A stretch of 64,000 nt of DNA from an uncultured Candidatus Saccharibacteria bacterium (GCA_964361095.1 CAYHZA010000004.1:2236-66235); one strand, 5' to 3'. Numbered from the stretch's first letter, positions 1 through 9,275 are shown. The notes: a model not told the origin generated them from the sequence alone. A program made the numbers and translations.

Positions 1-339
1 ACTCGTCCTGTTGTTATTCACGAAAATAAGGGTGGCAATTTAGGAATACATCCTTTTTCCACCGCTTTGCGCGCCAACGGCTCATATAACTACGTTACTG
101 TGAATGGCGAACGCCGACTTACTCCGAGGGAGATGTTGCGCTTACAGGGTTATCCGGACACATTCAAAATGGTTGTGCCCGACACGCAGGTTAGGAAACA
201 GGCTGGCAATAGCGTAGTTATTCCAAAGATTGAAGCCGTTGCACAAGCAATGGTTCAAGCAATGAGCCAAAAACCGCAACGCAAGCCGGTTCAGTCCGAT
301 TTATTCGCAACAGAAGAAAAAATATATGCGCACAAATAA
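1..339 (+). CDS. DNA (cytosine-5)-methyltransferase, C-terminal part (5' end outside window)
   Basis: Frame is open from base 1. It contains motif IX RRLTPREMLRLQGYPD and motif X KQAGNSVVIP, and overlaps the downstream endonuclease. Confidence 0.93.
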   Translation, partial: TRPVVIHENKGGNLGIHPFSTALRANGSYNYVTVNGERRLTPREMLRLQGYPDTFKMVVPDTQVRKQAGNSVVIPKIEAVAQAMVQAMSQKPQRKPVQSDLFATEEKIYAHK

Positions 340-1396
340 TAACTTATCAAAGAAAGCGTTGGATTTGGTAATTCGCAAATCGCGCGTTCATTTGTATAAA
401 CCAATCCAGATTGCCGAAATTTTACATCATCACAGAACAGAACGCGGTTTGGATTTAAGCGATTTGCAAGCATATCGCAATATTTCCAAGCGTTGGCGTG
501 ATGAAGTGTCTTTGCTTTTGGTTGGACGACGAAGCACCTCAAGTCAAAAGTATCAAGACAATGTTTTTGAAGCCAACGCCATGCCGCCCGAACTGCTTGC
601 AAAACTCGGCGAGATAAACAAGAAAAGCAAAGGGGTCGTTGAGGCATACATCTACAAAGCTTTAGAAGCGCGTCTCTCGTCCGTTCGAGAAGTTGAAGAT
701 TATATAAGAAAATCAACACCGGACACTTTTGATCTCAAAAAGCTAGTTTCTATTTTCCAAACTACGCCGGGTTTACGTCGTAGCGTAGATAAAATGTACG
801 AAATTTTGATTTATGCTCTTTTTACGACAATCGTCCGCGCGTTGAAAGCGCAAGTAACTTTGGAAATTGGAAATAAAGACAAAGAAATTTTGAAGGACTT
901 TGAACGATTTATAAAAATGGTTCTTGGTATTGACGCAAAACAAACACGACTTGTTTCGCCCGCAGCACTGTATCGCGTTGGCGTTACAAATGCCTCGGAT
1001 AGAGGTTTGGACATCTGGGCTAACTTTGGCCCGGCAATTCAAGTTAAACACCTTACTCTTACGCCGGAACTTATGGAGGACATCGCAGGCGACATAACTT
1101 CCGACAGAATTGTGATTGTTTGTATTGATACCGAGCGAGAAACGATTGAGGCATTGCTCAAACAAGTCGGGTGGAGCGAACGAATACAGGGCGTCATTAC
1201 CATTAACGACTTGGATGATTGGTACAAACTTTGTTTGAGCAAAAAATACAGAGCTAATCTCGACGCAAAATTATTGCAAGATGTAGGACGAGAATTTGCC
1301 GCGGAATTTCCGTCAAGCAAAGAAATCGCGCCGTTTATGGCAAAACGTGGGTATGACAAAATCGTCATGCCCCCTGATTGGCAAATTCAAATCTAA
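326..1396 (+). CDS. Type II restriction endonuclease, HaeII family
   Basis: N-terminal LDLVIRKSRVHLYKPIQIAEIL, plus TNASDRGLDIWANFGPAIQVKH (PD-(D/E)xK-like), typical of the HaeII family. Lies between a C5 MTase and vsr. Confidence 0.85.
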   Translation: MRTNNNLSKKALDLVIRKSRVHLYKPIQIAEILHHHRTERGLDLSDLQAYRNISKRWRDEVSLLLVGRRSTSSQKYQDNVFEANAMPPELLAKLGEINKKSKGVVEAYIYKALEARLSSVREVEDYIRKSTPDTFDLKKLVSIFQTTPGLRRSVDKMYEILIYALFTTIVRALKAQVTLEIGNKDKEILKDFERFIKMVLGIDAKQTRLVSPAALYRVGVTNASDRGLDIWANFGPAIQVKHLTLTPELMEDIAGDITSDRIVIVCIDTERETIEALLKQVGWSERIQGVITINDLDDWYKLCLSKKYRANLDAKLLQDVGREFAAEFPSSKEIAPFMAKRGYDKIVMPPDWQIQI

Positions 1397-1403
1397 CGTA
1401 TGT

Positions 1404-1805
1404 ATGGACACTGTTTCAAAACAAAAGCGAAGCGAAATAATGTCTCGGATAAAAAGCCGAGACAGCAAAATTGAGACACTCTTTCGCAAAGAACTTTGGA
1501 AATTAGGATTTCGTTATCGCAAAAACTCTGGCAAATATTTTGGGAAGCCGGATATTGTTTTAAAACAACACAAAACCGTCGTTTTTATTGATTCCTGTTT
1601 CTGGCATGGTTGCAAAAGACATTGTCGCATTCCGACTGTTCGTAAAAGTTACTGGACGCAGAAAATCGCACGGAATGTAACGAGGGATAAGGAGGTTACA
1701 AAGCACTATAAGAAGCGGGGGTGGAAAATTTTTAGAATTTGGGAGCACAAATTAACAATGGGAATGCCAAAAGTGCTAAAAATTGTCCAATCCGAGCTCA
1801 AGTAG
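1404..1805 (+). CDS. vsr: Very short patch repair endonuclease
   Basis: MDTVSKQKRSEIMSRIKS, GKPDIV, VFIDSCFWHGC and RIWEH motifs. The ATG at 1404 is preferred over the longer ORF-track start. Confidence 0.93.
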   Translation: MDTVSKQKRSEIMSRIKSRDSKIETLFRKELWKLGFRYRKNSGKYFGKPDIVLKQHKTVVFIDSCFWHGCKRHCRIPTVRKSYWTQKIARNVTRDKEVTKHYKKRGWKIFRIWEHKLTMGMPKVLKIVQSELK

Positions 1806-1826
1806 CTTATCCAAAGCGAAAAGTCC

Positions 1827-1855
1827 TTGACTCCACAAAGATTGTGGAGTAGTAT
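1827..1855 (+). promoter_or_regulatory. sigma70 promoter overlapped by a 9-bp inverted-repeat operator
   Basis: TTGACT(1827)-17 nt-TAGTAT(1850), 6 nt before the ATG at 1862. The palindrome ACTCCACAA-aga-TTGTGGAGT occupies 1830-1850. Confidence 0.75.
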
Positions 1856-1861
1856 TGAAAT

Positions 1862-2461
1862 ATGACGAAGAATCAGGAAAATCTCATACGCTTTATAGCC
1901 GACTACAGGGTTAAGTACGGTGCCTCGCCTACGCTTCAGGAAATGGTGGCAGGCATTCATGTTTCTGACCATAAATCTGTAAGCGGCATTATTTCCGCCC
2001 TTACAAAACAAGGATTTTTAGAGAAAGGCAAGCAAAAAACCAGGTCGATTCTCTTGACCGATAAGGCATTTGAGTTGCTTGGTATTCCGCTTTTCCGTCG
2101 TCAACAACTGGAAGAATTTAACTACTCCTTCCGACAAATGTCGCCTGCCAGCAGTGGCCTAATTACCTCTCCCACTCCAGATTATATAAGGCACGGCGAA
2201 CAGTCTATAAAAACTGATATAAAAACTGACGGGACAAATTTAACTAATGATTTACGAACAGTCGTAGGAAATACTGTGGCCGGTATTGCAACCAAAATAT
2301 ATGCGAATGAAGAAGCGGGAGCAATTTTTAGCTGGGCATTGCTACTGGGCGGGCTAACCTGGGCAAACACCGGCATAATCGGAAACGGAACGAGTGCCCT
2401 TATTTGGACAGCAGTCGAAGCCGTAATAATCAAATTTTTAAGTAAAAAAATAACACTATGA
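1862..2461 (+). CDS. LexA-type winged-helix DNA-binding protein with C-terminal hydrophobic (TM) segments and no S24 peptidase domain
   Basis: N-terminus TKNQENLIRFIADY..YGASPTLQEM..SVSGIISALTKQGFL..TRSI resembles the LexA DNA-binding domain. C-terminal AIFSWALLLGGLTW and SALIWTAVEAVIIKF are hydrophobic. Confidence 0.7.
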   Translation: MTKNQENLIRFIADYRVKYGASPTLQEMVAGIHVSDHKSVSGIISALTKQGFLEKGKQKTRSILLTDKAFELLGIPLFRRQQLEEFNYSFRQMSPASSGLITSPTPDYIRHGEQSIKTDIKTDGTNLTNDLRTVVGNTVAGIATKIYANEEAGAIFSWALLLGGLTWANTGIIGNGTSALIWTAVEAVIIKFLSKKITL

Positions 2462-3411
2462 GTCTTGGAATTAACACGACAACGCCGGAAGGAATCGTTT
2501 TAGCCGCCGACAGTCGGCAGTCATATCGTAACCAAAAAGGTATGAGCAGAATCGGCTCCGATTCTGCGTCAAAAGTTTTCAAGATAAATGACAGGGCGGG
2601 TTTGATAGTTGCGGGGCTAGCATTTTTGCCGGAAAATGGCGTCTTGAAAAACATCAGCAGGTTTGTGGAAGAATTTAAGAAAAGTATTGAGACTGAAAAA
2701 ATAACAATCCTAGAAACCGCCCAAAAATTGAAAGATTTTTTTGAAGAAAAATATCAATACAAAGACCAGCTAAAAATTCTCCCTAATCAAATAAAAGCGG
2801 ATTTGGAACGACAAGGCTGTCAAATAATAGAGATTAAAGAAGAAAGCGGTCATGTTAAGTTTAAGTTTAAGGATCCTAAGGGAATTCAAAAAGAAGGGAT
2901 AGCGGGCGTAGAGCAGTTGCAGTTTATTGTCGCCGGTTACAATCAAGATAAATCGCATCAAGTTGCGATGGTGTATATTCCTGGCAATGTTGAGCTCAAG
3001 AGAGATAGCGCAAAGCGAGGGCAAGAATATGGTGCCAGTTGGATAGGTCAGATTGATGTGGTATCAAGAATCGTTCTTGGTTTTGATGGACGTATTGGCA
3101 ATTTGCCGGCCATGCAAAAAATGGCTTCCGATATGGGTGCCCAAGAGGTTCAAAAACAATTGAGGAGTTTGGAATACGTCATTCAGTGGGGAACCATGAC
3201 TTTGCAGGACGGTATTGATTTTAGTACATTAGCAATCGGAACAACTACGGCCATTCAAAGATTTTCTGATGGTATCGCGGGCGACCCTGGCGATATGCCT
3301 GGCGTAGGTGGCTCGATTGACGTTGCCGTTATAACGCCGGAAAAGGGATTTGTATGGATTGCAAAGAAAAATTTGAAAGTTGGAGATAAAGAGGTAGATT
3401 TAGAAAAATAG
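2458..3411 (+). CDS. Proteasome beta-subunit-like Ntn-hydrolase
   Basis: M-SLG..GIVLAADSR, SKVFKI, LIVAG, FIVAGY and GVGGSIDVAVIT motifs. ATGA overlap with the upstream gene. Confidence 0.75.
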   Translation: MSLGINTTTPEGIVLAADSRQSYRNQKGMSRIGSDSASKVFKINDRAGLIVAGLAFLPENGVLKNISRFVEEFKKSIETEKITILETAQKLKDFFEEKYQYKDQLKILPNQIKADLERQGCQIIEIKEESGHVKFKFKDPKGIQKEGIAGVEQLQFIVAGYNQDKSHQVAMVYIPGNVELKRDSAKRGQEYGASWIGQIDVVSRIVLGFDGRIGNLPAMQKMASDMGAQEVQKQLRSLEYVIQWGTMTLQDGIDFSTLAIGTTTAIQRFSDGIAGDPGDMPGVGGSIDVAVITPEKGFVWIAKKNLKVGDKEVDLEK

Positions 3412-3460
3412 CCGCCGCCAAAAATCCCGTTCGTCCGAGCGAGGGTGCGGCGGAAAAAAA
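3412..3460. terminator. GC-rich hairpin followed by an A-tract (terminator-like)
   Basis: CCGCCGC(3412)/GCGGCGG(3447) stem with inner pairing, followed by A7, immediately after the stop codon. Confidence 0.45.
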
Positions 3461-3541
3461 GGGGGGGTGAGGGGGCAGCTTCCTTAGTTCCGCTCAAAGA
3501 ATGCTCGAGCGAAGTTGTATAATTCTACGATATTAAATAAA

Positions 3542-3569
3542 TTGACAAAAACAATGAATCAGCTACAAT
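3542..3569 (+). promoter_or_regulatory. sigma70 promoter of the riboswitch transcript
   Basis: TTGACA-16 nt-TACAAT. Confidence 0.7.
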
Positions 3570-3589
3570 AAACTTACAACTGAATAAGC

Positions 3590-3690
3590 AGTTATCAAGA
3601 GCGTGGCGAGAGCAACTGGCTCAATGACCCACCGGCAACCCTCGGAAACGAGAAGGTGCCAAATCCAGCCCCAACAGGGGAAAGATGATA
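3590..3690 (+). ncRNA. SAM-I (S-box) riboswitch aptamer
   Basis: TTATCAAGAG..GGCGAGAG..ACTGGC.CAATGACCC.CCGGCAACC..AAGGTGCCAAATCC..AAAGATGA matches the S-box consensus. P1 is GUUAUC/GAUGAU. Confidence 0.93.
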
Positions 3691-3696
3691 GTCGTT

Positions 3697-3731
3697 ACTC
3701 TTTCCTATGTTTCGGAAGGAGTTTTTTATTT
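3697..3731 (+). terminator. Intrinsic terminator, riboswitch expression platform
   Basis: ACTCTTTCC/GGAAGGAGT stem followed by TTTTTATTT. The 5' arm can alternatively pair with GGAAAGA at the aptamer 3' end (antiterminator). Confidence 0.8.
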
Positions 3732-3748
3732 ATAGGCGAATAAATAAA

Positions 3749-4000
3749 ATGATCGAAATTTCAGAAAAAGATATAGATAAATACAAGTTCATAGGTAGCG
3801 CAGGGGGCTTCTCTTTGGGGTTTTGTGTTTACCTTGCACACAGGCACACACCGAACTTTTTTAATCGTGTAGTCGGCTATCGCATTGAAGAGCGTGGCAT
3901 CGGCGAAATGATGAGCGAAGCTGCTCGAAAAGTAGGACTTCCCAAAGAAAAGCAGAAGTATATAACCATCAGTTTCTACGAGGAGAAAACTATTAACTAA
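3749..4000 (+). CDS. Hypothetical protein (83 aa) under the SAM riboswitch
   Basis: First ATG after the terminator. No recognisable family. Confidence 0.6.
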   Translation: MIEISEKDIDKYKFIGSAGGFSLGFCVYLAHRHTPNFFNRVVGYRIEERGIGEMMSEAARKVGLPKEKQKYITISFYEEKTIN

Positions 4001-4009
4001 AACAAATTT

Positions 4010-4402
4010 ATGAACAACCACGACTTTATCAGTTTCGTGCCATATCCGCTAGAGATAAAGGAGCGGCCAGAGTTAGATGTTTTTCCGTTGAATGTTCTAT
4101 TTGCTAAACTCGGAATAAGGAACGGTAAAAATGCCATGGGTACCGCCTTATATGAGCCAAACTTGGAATCGTTTAAACGAGAGGAAAATAAATGTTCTAT
4201 AGAGTATTACAATATTCATGGGGGCAAGAGCCGGCTGGTAATTGAGTACGATATGCTGAGGAAAAGTTATCATGGCGAAAAAGTAGTAAATGGAGAATTG
4301 GCAGGGATGGCTTCCGGTCCAGAATGGAAGATGTTTTTCGTCCACTTCACGATGTTGGGATTAACTAAAGGGGAGATGTGTGAATTTGAAGATATTGGTT
4401 AA
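4010..4402 (+). CDS. Hypothetical protein (130 aa)
   Basis: ORF 9 nt downstream on the same strand, with plausible composition. Confidence 0.65.
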   Translation: MNNHDFISFVPYPLEIKERPELDVFPLNVLFAKLGIRNGKNAMGTALYEPNLESFKREENKCSIEYYNIHGGKSRLVIEYDMLRKSYHGEKVVNGELAGMASGPEWKMFFVHFTMLGLTKGEMCEFEDIG

Positions 4403-4447
4403 TTTTGATAATCTATTTTTATTATCCACGCCCCCATTTTTCCACCC

Positions 4448-5074
4448 ATGACCAAAAAGGAACTTTTGGAACAATTAGAAAAAGAAATAGCCGCGGATGT
4501 CTCGCTTCAGCTTCGGGAGTCAAATTTGGTTTTTGGCGAGGGGAATCCCGATTGCGATGTTTTGTTTATTGGTGAAGCCCCGGGATTTCACGAAAACCAA
4601 CTGAAGCGTCCCTTCGTCGGACGTGGCGGCCAACTGCTCGATCAATGCATCACAATGATCGGCTGGAAGCGCGAGGATGTTTACATTACAAATATTGTGA
4701 AGCGCCGCCCGCCGGAGAATCGCGACCCCTTGCCGGAGGAAATTGAATCCTATAAGCCCTACCTCACGCGGCAGATAGAAATTATCGATCCCAAGGTAAT
4801 CGTACCCCTCGGACGTTTCGCGATGAATTATTTTCTGCCGGAGGCAAAGATTTCGCGTGATCAGGGCACGGCCTTTCGCGTGGACGGGCGTCTTGTGGTG
4901 CCGGTTTTCCATCCCGCCGCCGCGCTCCGAGGAACGGGGGTCTTAAATGAGTTCAAAGAAAGCTTCAAAAAGCTTCCGAAGATTATTTCAGGAGATGGTT
5001 TGCCCAAAGAAATCGCACCGGCGTTTCCCGCATCGCGCAAGGATAATCCTCCGCCCCAGGCGAAGCTTTTTTGA
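4448..5074 (+). CDS. Uracil-DNA glycosylase, family 4
   Basis: FIGEAPG, RPFVGRGG, YITNIVKRRPPENRDP and HPAA motifs. Confidence 0.93.
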   Translation: MTKKELLEQLEKEIAADVSLQLRESNLVFGEGNPDCDVLFIGEAPGFHENQLKRPFVGRGGQLLDQCITMIGWKREDVYITNIVKRRPPENRDPLPEEIESYKPYLTRQIEIIDPKVIVPLGRFAMNYFLPEAKISRDQGTAFRVDGRLVVPVFHPAAALRGTGVLNEFKESFKKLPKIISGDGLPKEIAPAFPASRKDNPPPQAKLF

Positions 5075-5125
5075 TTCGTCTTTTTCTCCTTCGCTTCGGG
5101 GTTTTTCAGATGTATAATAGAGGGA

Positions 5126-5500
5126 ATGAATTTCGCTCCAACGTATTTGCTCGGCCGCTTCTTCTATCGAATTTACGATTTTCTGCATCATTGGTATTTT
5201 GACGGTTCTCGGGCGTTCTTCCACCGTTTTGTGGCCGTTCTCGAGGTATTTGAACGGATCTTCGCGGTAGGAATGACGGCAAGATTTTTTTTCCATCCGC
5301 TCTATGGAGATTACACCTTGGTCGGAAGAATTTTGGGTTTTATTTTCCGGTCGTGCCGCATCGCAATCGGTCTTTTTGTGTACATAATCCTTCTCGCGAT
5401 CTTTCTTTTCCTGTACGCGATTTGGCTTTCGTTCCCCGCCATCCTTGTTTTTTATGCCGTTTTGAACTTTGTTAAGCCTTCATCACTCCCCGTCTTATAG
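5126..5500 (+). CDS. Hypothetical membrane protein upstream of the Clp ATPase
   Basis: Hydrophobic C-terminal half. TATAAT lies 7 nt before the ATG. Confidence 0.7.
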   Translation: MNFAPTYLLGRFFYRIYDFLHHWYFDGSRAFFHRFVAVLEVFERIFAVGMTARFFFHPLYGDYTLVGRILGFIFRSCRIAIGLFVYIILLAIFLFLYAIWLSFPAILVFYAVLNFVKPSSLPVL

Positions 5501-5517
5501 ATTATGTACCTATCGCT

Positions 5518-8046
5518 ATGACGCCTAAAACATACGAACTGTACTTTGATGATCCACGTCTTCGGATGACGATTGGGGGCAGGTTTCTCGTACGGGTCGT
5601 AAGTTACGTATCTTATTTATTTATCGTTGCCGCATTTTTCACGCTCTTTTTTTCGGGGATTCGCCCGCTTCAGTCTTTAGGCGCCTTGATCGCGCTTTTT
5701 TTGATCGACTACTTCCTCCATTTCCGGGAAGCCGATAGTCATCTCACCGAGCTTCCTTCCGGGGAGGCTTTGGTGAACGCGGCGCGGTATCTTTCGCCTG
5801 CCGCTTTTTCGCACATTGAGCACGCGTACCAGAGAAGCTCGTTCTCTCGTGGAAATTTTTTTGTAGAACTCGCGGTGCAGCTTTTGGGCGTACGCGAGAT
5901 CCGTGAAGGAATCAATCGTCTTGATGTGAAGCCCACTGAGTTCAAAGAAAAGGCGGAAGAACTTCTCCGCGCTGAAGACAATCGGGAGAAGATCACCAAA
6001 GACGAACGGCGGGCGAAGGTTGCGCTTCTCGGCACGCGCGCGTTTACGCAGGCGCTTCGGAGCGAGCGTCGGTTTGTCGGGATCTCTGATGTATTCTCCG
6101 CGCTTTCGCTGGTCGGAGATCCTTTGATCGATCGGCTTTTTAATGTTTTTGCGATCGAGAGCGGGGATTTGGAGCGCGCTTTGATTTTAAGCGCAGAACG
6201 GAAGCCCTTTGGCATTTTTTTCCGGCTTCCCAGAACGATAGGAAGTTTTATTTTTGAATCGTACCGTTCCTCGCGTCACCGCGTAGTGAATCGCGCGTGG
6301 ACATCCCGCCCGACTCCCACGCTTGACCAGTTCAGCACGGACTTCACCGATCTCGCGCGTCGCGGGGAGATTGGGTTTTTAATTGGGCACAAGGCGGAAT
6401 ACGAGCGCATGACGGATGTGCTCTCGCGCGCGACGAATCCGAATGCGCTTCTCGTGGGAGAGGTGGGGGTCGGGAAAGAAACCATGATCGCTCATCTCGC
6501 GCTTGATCTTGTAAAAGACAGGGTACCTGCCGCGCTTTTTGATAAGCGGCTTGTGGGGTTGCATCTGGGAACGCTTGTTGCCGGCGCTCCGCCGGACGAG
6601 CTCCAGAAGCGGCTTACGCGGATTGTCCAAGAGATCTCGCTTGCCGGCAATGTGATTCTTTATATTCAAGATATTCACAATCTGGTTAAAACTTCGGGTT
6701 CCGCCTATCTTTCCGCCGCGGATGCTCTGATGCCCATTATTATGAACAGTGCTTTTCCCGTTGTGGGGACGACGTATCCGAGGGAGTTCAAAGAGTTTCT
6801 CGAACCGAGGACGGATGTCGCGGGAGTGTTCGAAGTCTTGAACGTCAACGAGCTTTCCGAAGGAGAGGCCGAAGAGGTACTTGCCTATGAGACGCTTCTT
6901 ATGGAGAAAAAGGCGAATGTTATCGTGAGTTTCGGAGCGATCAAGCAAGCGGTATCTCTCGCGAAAAAATATTTCCGCGCGAAGCTCTTGCCCTCGAGCG
7001 CCGAAGAACTTTTGCGGGACGCGGTAAGCGAGGCGGCGCGGCGCGGGGAGAATACCGTGAACGCGGAGAGCGTCATCCGCGTTGCCGAGACGAAGGTAAA
7101 TATTCCGCTTCATACTGCAGACGCCACCGAAGCGGACACGCTTTTGAATATGGAAGCGATCATCCATAAGCGTTTTGTGGATCAAGACGAGGCGGTAACC
7201 GCCGTTTCGAACGCGCTTAAGGAATATCGCAGTGGTCTGAGCCGTTCCGGAGGTCCCATCGCCACCTTTCTTTTTGTGGGTCCCACGGGAGTCGGAAAAA
7301 CCGAACTCTCAAAAGTTCTTGCCGAGATCCAATTCGGCTCCGAAAAAGCAATGGTTCGTTTTGACATGTCCGAATACCAAGAGAAGGAAAGCATCAACCG
7401 CTTTATCGGATCCTCGGGCGGGCAAACAACGGGCGCGTTGACCGACGCGATTACCGCGCATCCCTACGCCCTCGTTCTTCTCGATGAATTCGAAAAGGCG
7501 CATCCCGATATCCTTAATCTTTTTCTTCAGGTGTTTGATGACGGGCGCCTTACCGACAGTTTGAATCGGACGGTTGATTTTTCGAATACTATCATCGTCG
7601 CGACTTCGAACGCGCATTCCGATATTATCGTACGCGCCATCGAAGAGGGACAGGCGATCGGCGATATCGCCGAATATTTAAAAAAACGCCTGCTGGATGT
7701 TTTTAAGCCGGAACTTTTGAATCGTTTCACGAAGATCATTGTCTTTAAAAACCTCGGTCCGGCGGAACTCGTGAAGATTTCCGAACTGAACCTCCGTTCG
7801 TTCGCGGCGCTTCTTGCGAGGAAGGGCATCGTCTTTGCTTTCGAAGAAGAAGTAGTGCGGAAGATCGCTTCGTTGGGATTCGATCCGGTATTTGGCGCCC
7901 GACCGCTCCGCAGAGTTCTTGAGGAAAAAATTCGTGTTCCGCTCGCGGAAAAGATTTTGCGCAAAGAGGTACGGCGCGGGGAGGGGGTGAGGGCGGTTCT
8001 CAAGGCGGGCGAGATAGTGCTCGTGACCGAAGCGGGCGGTGTGTAG
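5518..8046 (+). CDS. Clp/Hsp100 family AAA+ ATPase with N-terminal TM segments
   Basis: TPTLDQFSTDFT; D1 GEVGVGKE; D2 FLFVGPTGVGKT, RFDMSEY, LLDEFEKAH, GRLTD, FKPELLNR and FGARPLRR. Confidence 0.92.
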   Translation: MTPKTYELYFDDPRLRMTIGGRFLVRVVSYVSYLFIVAAFFTLFFSGIRPLQSLGALIALFLIDYFLHFREADSHLTELPSGEALVNAARYLSPAAFSHIEHAYQRSSFSRGNFFVELAVQLLGVREIREGINRLDVKPTEFKEKAEELLRAEDNREKITKDERRAKVALLGTRAFTQALRSERRFVGISDVFSALSLVGDPLIDRLFNVFAIESGDLERALILSAERKPFGIFFRLPRTIGSFIFESYRSSRHRVVNRAWTSRPTPTLDQFSTDFTDLARRGEIGFLIGHKAEYERMTDVLSRATNPNALLVGEVGVGKETMIAHLALDLVKDRVPAALFDKRLVGLHLGTLVAGAPPDELQKRLTRIVQEISLAGNVILYIQDIHNLVKTSGSAYLSAADALMPIIMNSAFPVVGTTYPREFKEFLEPRTDVAGVFEVLNVNELSEGEAEEVLAYETLLMEKKANVIVSFGAIKQAVSLAKKYFRAKLLPSSAEELLRDAVSEAARRGENTVNAESVIRVAETKVNIPLHTADATEADTLLNMEAIIHKRFVDQDEAVTAVSNALKEYRSGLSRSGGPIATFLFVGPTGVGKTELSKVLAEIQFGSEKAMVRFDMSEYQEKESINRFIGSSGGQTTGALTDAITAHPYALVLLDEFEKAHPDILNLFLQVFDDGRLTDSLNRTVDFSNTIIVATSNAHSDIIVRAIEEGQAIGDIAEYLKKRLLDVFKPELLNRFTKIIVFKNLGPAELVKISELNLRSFAALLARKGIVFAFEEEVVRKIASLGFDPVFGARPLRRVLEEKIRVPLAEKILRKEVRRGEGVRAVLKAGEIVLVTEAGGV

Positions 8047-8061
8047 TAGAATAAGAAATAT

Positions 8062-8718
8062 ATGAAGATACGAGTCAATATCAATCTCCAGATCGGACGC
8101 GTCGTGAAGTATTTTATTTTAGTTGACCTTTTTTTGCTCGCGGGCTGGGGGCTTATCGACCCCATTTTTTCCATTTTTATCGTGGAGAATATACCCGGGG
8201 CGACCGTGGTTACCGTAGGCGCGGTGGCGGGAATGTATTGGATCCTCAAATCGGCGATCCAATTGCCTATTGCGAAATATCTCGATCGGACGCCGGGCGA
8301 AAAAGATGATTTCTACTGCCTCATCCTCGGACTTCTCGTGGTTTCCGCCTCCGCGTTCGGATTCGTCTTGGTGCGTGAGATTTGGCAGTTGTATCTCGTC
8401 CAAGCCATTAAGTCCCTTGGATTCGCTCTCTACGCCGCCTCGTGGCCCACTATCTTTTCCCGACATCTCGATAAAGAGAAGGTGTCGTTTGACTGGGCGC
8501 TCGACTCGACCGCGGTGAGTCTTTCCGCCGGAGCGAGTGGATTTTTGGGAGGCGTTATAGCGAATAGCTTCGGTTTTCCCACTGTTTTTCTCGCGGGCGC
8601 GTTCTTCTCCTTCGTTTCGGCGCTTGTTTTGCTCGCGGTTCCCGACCTGGTGCTTCCCAAGGTGAGCAAGTCCGAGTCGCTTATCAAGGATCATGGTCCG
8701 GTGAATCTCGGGAGATAA
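8062..8718 (+). CDS. MFS-family membrane protein (half-size, about 6 TM)
   Basis: Pattern of hydrophobic helices and a QLPIAKYLDR motif-A-like segment. Confidence 0.75.
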   Translation: MKIRVNINLQIGRVVKYFILVDLFLLAGWGLIDPIFSIFIVENIPGATVVTVGAVAGMYWILKSAIQLPIAKYLDRTPGEKDDFYCLILGLLVVSASAFGFVLVREIWQLYLVQAIKSLGFALYAASWPTIFSRHLDKEKVSFDWALDSTAVSLSAGASGFLGGVIANSFGFPTVFLAGAFFSFVSALVLLAVPDLVLPKVSKSESLIKDHGPVNLGR

Positions 8719-8759
8719 TCTCCGCTATCCTAGAACGTGTTACAATTCCTGAAATAGTT

Positions 8760-9275
8760 ATGACGGCGCCCATCAAGGAAACAAAAGAACCCCCGAAACT
8801 TCAGCAGAAAATAAAGAAGCAAATAGTTGCGGGATTTGTCGTTTATCGTCGCACGCACGAAGGCACGAAGTTTTTGCTTTTGTATCGGCGGGGGAACTAT
8901 TGGAATTTTCCCAAGGGACATTTTGAAGAAGGAGAGCATGACCTCGATACCGCGCTTCGGGAAACCGAGGAAGAGACGGGACTTAAGCACTCGGATCTGC
9001 GCATCGTTCCGGGATTCCGCACTTTCGAGCGATTTTCTTTCCGCCGCGGCACACAAACAATTCACGACACGGTCATACTCTATCTCGCGGAAACGAAAAA
9101 TCCTCGCATTACCATTTCGCCTCGCGAACACAGCGGGTATGCTTGGTTTTTTTATCAAGACGCTCTCAAGGTTCTCGGAAATAAATACGTCGGCACGAAG
9201 CGAGTTTTGAAACAGGCATATGACTTCATTCACCACAAGGGTCCTCACGGTCGTCGCCCGAATCCCGCGCGGTAA
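8760..9275 (+). CDS. NUDIX hydrolase (Ap4A hydrolase-like)
   Basis: WNFPKGHFEEGE..TALRETEEETGL Nudix box and EHSGYAW. Confidence 0.9.
   Translation: MTAPIKETKEPPKLQQKIKKQIVAGFVVYRRTHEGTKFLLLYRRGNYWNFPKGHFEEGEHDLDTALRETEEETGLKHSDLRIVPGFRTFERFSFRRGTQTIHDTVILYLAETKNPRITISPREHSGYAWFFYQDALKVLGNKYVGTKRVLKQAYDFIHHKGPHGRRPNPAR

Noticed and set aside
326-1396. Avoidance of RGCGCY as proof of HaeII specificity
   Set aside because: GGCGCC/GGCGCT sites are readily seen in the window (e.g. near 5680 and 6583). No depletion can be claimed without counting, and the specificity remains unverified.
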